Shown piece after piece: positions 23,693 through 27,783 of a DNA stretch of 27,783 nt. The number at the start of each line of letters is the position of its first letter. The first letter of the stretch is position 1. The notes beneath the pieces were generated by a model that ran no database searches, was not told the origin of the DNA, and worked only from the letters and a program-made list of their open reading frames with translations. The position numbers were made by a program, and so were the translations under genes. The stretch lies in IMG/VR virus record IMGVR_UViG_3300033475_000126, positions 1-27,783 of that record. The stretch is one strand, 5' to 3'. The DNA is from a virus (Duplodnaviria > Caudoviricetes).

Positions 23693-24436
23693 ATGTCCGG
23701 AGCAATCTCTAGCGCTGGAATGGCGGTCTACAATCTGGCATTCCAGGTCAGCCCCATCATTTTATATGGCGGCATCGCTAGCTCATCTATTGGCGGCGCC
23801 CTCCCCATCATCGCCCTGACGGGGCAATTGCTTTCTCTGGCGCAGGGCATAGCGACAACGGGCTCGCTCTCCACGAGTGACTTCTTCGCCGAGTTCGTGC
23901 CTATCCCGGGCAGCACGATCATCAACAACTCAGTAGCGACCTATCCTTTTGCCAATCAGCAGGTCGCGGCAAACGCCATCATCCAGCAGCCGAACGCGAT
24001 CTCTCTGATGATGATCGCGCCGGTCAAGGACACGGCGGGCTACTACACTAAACTCGCGCTTTTCACGTCCCTGCAAACATCGCTCCAGCAGCACAACCAA
24101 AGCGGCGGGACCTATTACGTGGCCACCCCCGCTCGCATCTTTGGCCCATGCCTCATGACCGCAATGACCGACATCACGGCTGGGGACACGCGGCAGCAGC
24201 AGGTCATGTGGCAGATCGACTTCATTGAGCCGCTGATCTCACGGCAGCAAGCGGCGGCAGCGCAATCGACCATGATGCAGAAAATCACCAACGGAACATC
24301 ATTTTCGGGCGATGCTTCGTGGTCGGGTGCTGCTGCTTCGGTAGGGGCGTCCGCGACTGGAGCCTTGGCAAGCGCTTTTGGCGCCGGCAATCTTTTTGGG
24401 GCGGTGAACTCCTTCCTCGCTAGCTCGCCGCTATGA
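23693..24436 (+). CDS. Baseplate / tail-tube initiator protein
   Basis: After tape measure; YPFANQ.VAANA.I..P, GGTY.VATP, Q..WQ.DF..PL motifs. Confidence 0.7.
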   Translation: MSGAISSAGMAVYNLAFQVSPIILYGGIASSSIGGALPIIALTGQLLSLAQGIATTGSLSTSDFFAEFVPIPGSTIINNSVATYPFANQQVAANAIIQQPNAISLMMIAPVKDTAGYYTKLALFTSLQTSLQQHNQSGGTYYVATPARIFGPCLMTAMTDITAGDTRQQQVMWQIDFIEPLISRQQAAAAQSTMMQKITNGTSFSGDASWSGAAASVGASATGALASAFGAGNLFGAVNSFLASSPL

Positions 24437-24714
24437 CGACGACCTTGGTCCCGTTTTCGCCATCTCCGAGCTCGGCTCCTCCATTTGCCACGACCGTGAC
24501 GCTTGACGGGTCTGGATACGCCCTAACCACGATGTGGAACTTCTATCGCAAAGACTGGTACATGCAGATCACGGACCAGAACGGAACGCTGATCGTCAAC
24601 CAGCCGCTGATCGGTTCTCCCACTGATTCGGACATCAATCTCGTTGGCGGGTATTTCACGGCGACGACGCTCGTCTATCGGCCACAAACCGGCAATTTTG
24701 AGGTCACGACCTAG
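24433..24714 (+). CDS. Small baseplate (plug-like) protein
   Basis: TLDG..Y.L...WN....WY..I.DQ.G pattern; ATGA overlap. Confidence 0.7.
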   Translation: MTTTLVPFSPSPSSAPPFATTVTLDGSGYALTTMWNFYRKDWYMQITDQNGTLIVNQPLIGSPTDSDINLVGGYFTATTLVYRPQTGNFEVTT

Positions 24715-25730
24715 TGCCGCGCTACTATGATCTGACCCTGATCAATCCGGCGACTGGCAATGTCGCGACGAGGACGGACGGGTCTCTATACCAGTGGACG
24801 ACGAATCCGGCCTCTGGCTTCGACCCGGGCGCGCTTGATATCCAGTTCGATATCATTGTCAGCGCCTACGACGCGCCGACTGGAGGATATGGCATCACGC
24901 TCTATGGCGTGGCGCTACCCGACCTCTTCCAGGCTCAGAACTTCATGGGAGACCTGCCCGGGAACGGGTATGAGTTCGTCCTGAAGGGCGGCTTCACGCA
25001 GGGCTTGCCTTTGGTCAATCCAGCGCAGGCCGGAACGCTTGCCCGCGGGGTCATCGTCCAGAGCTTCGGCAACTGGCGCGGCACAGAAATGTCGCTCGAT
25101 TTCGTCGTCAGCCCAAGCTCCTATTCGCCGCTGAATCCGGGCAATCTCGTGCTCGAGTGCCAGGCCGGGCAAACGCTCTCGAGCGCGCTCAAGCAGACGC
25201 TTTCCGTTGCCTATCCGAACTACACGCTCGATATCAAGATCAGCGACCAGGTGAAGTGGTCTCACGCAGAGATCGGCCTATGGTCATCCCTGGAAGCCAT
25301 GGCTCAGACCATCATGGGCATAACCAAGGGGATGCTTGGGGATTCATATCCCGGGGTGTCGATCTGGATTGCCAATGGCGTTGTATCGGTCTCTGACGGA
25401 ACGTCGGCCGGGACTGTTGTCCAGCTTGATTATACCGATTTCATCGGCCAGCCGACGTGGATCGACATCAACCAGATGCAGTTGTTTTGCAATCTGCGTG
25501 GCGATGTATCCCTGGGATCGGTCGTGAAGATGCCGACTGGCATGCAAAGCTCTCCAGGATTCGTGACCACGCTAGGTGGCTCGTCTCCTAATGGGCAGAA
25601 CTACGGGTTGACGTTCCAAGGCAACTTCATCGTCACGCAAGTGCGCCATTGCGGGCGCCTGCGCGACCCCTCGGCCGAGGGATGGGAGACGGTCCTGACC
25701 TGCCGCCCCTATGCCGGGGCAACGTCATGA
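24714..25730 (+). CDS. Baseplate hub protein (Mu gp44/T4 gp27-like)
   Basis: 338 aa; ALDI.FDI, GNW.G, DFIGQPTW, F.V..VRH.G..R...W.T motifs. Confidence 0.78.
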   Translation: MPRYYDLTLINPATGNVATRTDGSLYQWTTNPASGFDPGALDIQFDIIVSAYDAPTGGYGITLYGVALPDLFQAQNFMGDLPGNGYEFVLKGGFTQGLPLVNPAQAGTLARGVIVQSFGNWRGTEMSLDFVVSPSSYSPLNPGNLVLECQAGQTLSSALKQTLSVAYPNYTLDIKISDQVKWSHAEIGLWSSLEAMAQTIMGITKGMLGDSYPGVSIWIANGVVSVSDGTSAGTVVQLDYTDFIGQPTWIDINQMQLFCNLRGDVSLGSVVKMPTGMQSSPGFVTTLGGSSPNGQNYGLTFQGNFIVTQVRHCGRLRDPSAEGWETVLTCRPYAGATS

Positions 25731-26446
25731 ACATTGGAAATTCACGCAATCTAGCGTTCCAGGACTCTTCTAACCGGACCAACATACGCCGCGCATCAGA
25801 GGCAATCGCCCAACTCGGGCGCGCCCTCCCCTCCCGCGTGACAGCGGTCTCCGGCTCCATAGTGACGGTCGAGTTCGAGGTTAACGCCACACCGTGGAAC
25901 TTGCCCCCCGTCACGATACCCAAGGCCGAGAGCCAGTGGATCAGGGCACCGACGCAGGTCGGTGACTATGGGCTCACGGTTCCGGCCGATGTGTATCTGG
26001 GGGGCATCAGCGGCCTGGGCGGCGGCACGGCGGACATGAGCCGGCGCAGCCCACTGACGGCCCTGGTGTGGGTTCCTGTGGCGGCGAAAGCGTTCCCCTC
26101 CGTCAACACCAATGCCGCTTGCATCTATGGGCCAGATGGGGCAGTTATTCGTGATAGCGGGTCAAATTCCGTCATCACGGTATTGCCCTCATCCATCACG
26201 CTCAAGGTCGGGTCGAACACATCGATTGTCATCGTTGACGGATCGGTCACGATCAATGCCGCGACGATCTACCTGAACGGCAATATCGCGCAGTCGGCTG
26301 GCGCTGGAACCGGCTCGGTCAGTATGGTTGGTCCGCTAACCGTGACCCACGAGGTGACCGGCAATGGCAACCACCTCAGCACGCACGTTCATAGCGGCGT
26401 GACGACAGGTGGCGGGGATACCGCCGCCCCAGTGCCGGGGACTTAG
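25727..26446 (+). CDS. Baseplate central spike (gpV/gp45-like)
   Basis: ATGA start; OB-fold-like N-terminus, beta-helix repeats, C-terminal metal-binding THVHSGVTTGGGDT..P motif. Confidence 0.88.
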   Translation: MNIGNSRNLAFQDSSNRTNIRRASEAIAQLGRALPSRVTAVSGSIVTVEFEVNATPWNLPPVTIPKAESQWIRAPTQVGDYGLTVPADVYLGGISGLGGGTADMSRRSPLTALVWVPVAAKAFPSVNTNAACIYGPDGAVIRDSGSNSVITVLPSSITLKVGSNTSIVIVDGSVTINAATIYLNGNIAQSAGAGTGSVSMVGPLTVTHEVTGNGNHLSTHVHSGVTTGGGDTAAPVPGT

Positions 26447-26448
26447 CC

Positions 26449-26895
26449 TCACCTGATCTGCGCCATGCAGCCCATGTAGATGTAGTTCAGCAACTGGATT
26501 GGCGTCTCGCTGTAAGCGGCCTCACTGGCGAATGAGACGGCGGAAAGCTTCAGGGTAATGCCGTCGCCGGTCTCGTTCTGGATTTTGTCCCAGAGCTCCC
26601 GCGGGGTTGTCTCTCCATCCCTGAACAGGAGCAGGAACGTCGCAGACGTGGTTGCCAGTTGCGGGCAAGAGATCGCCGTGACGGCAAAGTATCGGCAACT
26701 CTCCACCACCAGGGGCGACGCATCCTTGCCTGATCCGGGGCATTTCTGACGCACTGCATCATTGTAGCGGTCATTCATCGCCTGGATCGCCAGAGAAAGC
26801 CCACCATCGCTCTGGGCCACGCTCGGTTCCGGGAAGCCAAACATCACCCCGGCTACTAACGCCAGCGCGCCATAGGCGCCCTTGCTGAAGATCAT
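26449..26895 (-). CDS. Exported protein, antisense insertion (moron-like)
   Basis: Start at 26895 with GAGGAAAAGG upstream; MIFSKGAYGALALVAGVMFGFPEPSVA|Q signal-peptide-like; four Cys; exactly fills the gap between spike and next baseplate gene. Confidence 0.7.
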   Translation of the reverse strand: MIFSKGAYGALALVAGVMFGFPEPSVAQSDGGLSLAIQAMNDRYNDAVRQKCPGSGKDASPLVVESCRYFAVTAISCPQLATTSATFLLLFRDGETTPRELWDKIQNETGDGITLKLSAVSFASEAAYSETPIQLLNYIYMGCMAQIR

Positions 26896-26978
26896 CCTTT
26901 TCCTCGGTTCATGCGCATGATTGCGCGGCCGGCACATGAACACATCGAGGTTTCGATGTCGAGATTGATCGGGTCGAC

Positions 26979-27344
26979 ATGAGCCAGTCCCAATACCTTC
27001 GCACCTATGGGCGAACCTACGACGAGCTTGGGAATGCAACGTGGGTTCAGGTGGCGACCGATTCCGCAGGCTATAATGACAATGTTATGCTTACCACGCT
27101 AGCCCAAGTAATTAAGCTGAATTTAAATGAAAGCCCATTTTTCAGTAACTACGGGATACCGCAGATACAGACGATCGTTACTCAGGTCTTCCCTGATTAC
27201 TACATGATGCAGACTCAGTCTCAGTTTGCGCAATACTTCGCGTCACTGACCATCACGCGCGTTCCGAACACCTCGCCGCCGCAATATAATGTGACGGCGA
27301 ACTGCCATTCGGGCGCGATCCTCACAGCAACGATCGCGGTCTGA
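26979..27344 (+). CDS. Baseplate wedge / sheath initiator protein (gp25/gp46-like)
   Basis: LRTYGR...LAQ.IKLNL.ESPFF.NYGIP...FPD.Y motif; precedes baseplate J; noticeably AT-richer than neighbours. Confidence 0.7.
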   Translation: MSQSQYLRTYGRTYDELGNATWVQVATDSAGYNDNVMLTTLAQVIKLNLNESPFFSNYGIPQIQTIVTQVFPDYYMMQTQSQFAQYFASLTITRVPNTSPPQYNVTANCHSGAILTATIAV

Positions 27345-27783
27345 TGTCCGGAACAACCTCCATTCCTCTCGTCATGGGCACTAGCGGCCCGGTGACGACG
27401 CCGCCGGCCGCCTTGCGGACTGCCCTGGTCAGCAACGTCGCCGCGACCAATCCAGGCTATACCGCGAGCTTGCCGGGCTCTCTGATCGAGGACATCGCCA
27501 GCACGGACGTTGGCGCGCTTGCGACGATCGACCAGGCGCGCGTGGACGCAGTCAATGACGTGACGCCCTACGGCGCCAATGCCTACGTGCTCACGCAGCT
27601 TGGCCAGCAATTCGGCGTGCCGCAGGGGCAGGCTGCCAACGGCAGCGTTCTGGTGCAGTTTTCCGGATCGGCTGGATACGTCATCCCGTCCGGCTTCGTA
27701 GTCAGCGACGGCACAAACCAATATACCGTCTCGGACGGCACCATCATCACCTCGACCGGCTTCTCGCCCCAGGTGACGGCGGT
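27344..27783 (+). CDS. Baseplate J-like wedge protein (5' part, runs off the window)
   Basis: TGATG start; translated by hand as MSGTTSIPLVMG...PGYTASLPGSLIEDIAST...LTQLGQQFG...VQFSG..GYVIPSGF.VSDG; no stop before the window end. Confidence 0.8.
   Translation, partial: MSGTTSIPLVMGTSGPVTTPPAALRTALVSNVAATNPGYTASLPGSLIEDIASTDVGALATIDQARVDAVNDVTPYGANAYVLTQLGQQFGVPQGQAANGSVLVQFSGSAGYVIPSGFVVSDGTNQYTVSDGTIITSTGFSPQVTA

Larger units (their letters stand above)
1..27783 (+). mobile_element. Myophage/prophage segment: nin-like region, late regulator, packaging, head, tail and baseplate modules (Bcep781/OP2-like architecture)
   Basis: Co-directional terminase, portal, MuF, protease/scaffold, MCP, sheath, tube, tape measure and baseplate genes in canonical order. 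No integrase or att site is in the window, so free phage and prophage cannot be distinguished. Confidence 0.95.

Noticed and set aside
1-27783. CRISPR array, DGR/reverse transcriptase, integrase, lysis cassette, intron or intein
   Set aside because: No repeat-spacer periodicity, no YxDD RT motif in a plausible ORF, no recombinase or holin/endolysin gene seen, and terL, portal and MCP are uninterrupted and of normal length.

Overview
This GC-rich window is a contiguous piece of a tailed phage or prophage with a contractile tail. Gene order and protein motifs resemble Bcep781/Bcep1/OP2-type myophages; an alphaproteobacterial host is an inference. Almost everything is on the + strand. 1-4185 is a nin-like string of about 18 small, mostly translationally coupled ORFs. 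4294-5590 holds an HNH nuclease fusion and a probable late-gene regulator (DUF6456/Q-like). 6209-14957 covers packaging and head genes: TerS, TerL, DUF1073-type portal, MuF-like protein, small accessory ORFs, a NUDIX hydrolase, DUF2213-type protease/scaffold, decoration protein and major capsid protein. 15029-27783 covers neck, sheath, tube, chaperone, tape measure with a lysozyme domain, and baseplate genes, with one antisense exported-protein gene inserted. The most notable observations are four. (1) The NUDIX hydrolase and a DUF6582-like protein each carry a copy of the scaffold's N-terminal coiled-coil peptide, suggesting a tag for loading cargo into the capsid. (2) The HNH protein's N-terminus is a paralogue of the adjacent late regulator, and a 15-bp RBS+ATG is duplicated before both. 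(3) A densely base-paired, pseudoknotted ~150-nt element sits just upstream of terS. (4) A fibre-like protein in the neck region has a Sec signal peptide. All family assignments come from motif recognition and synteny, not from database searches.
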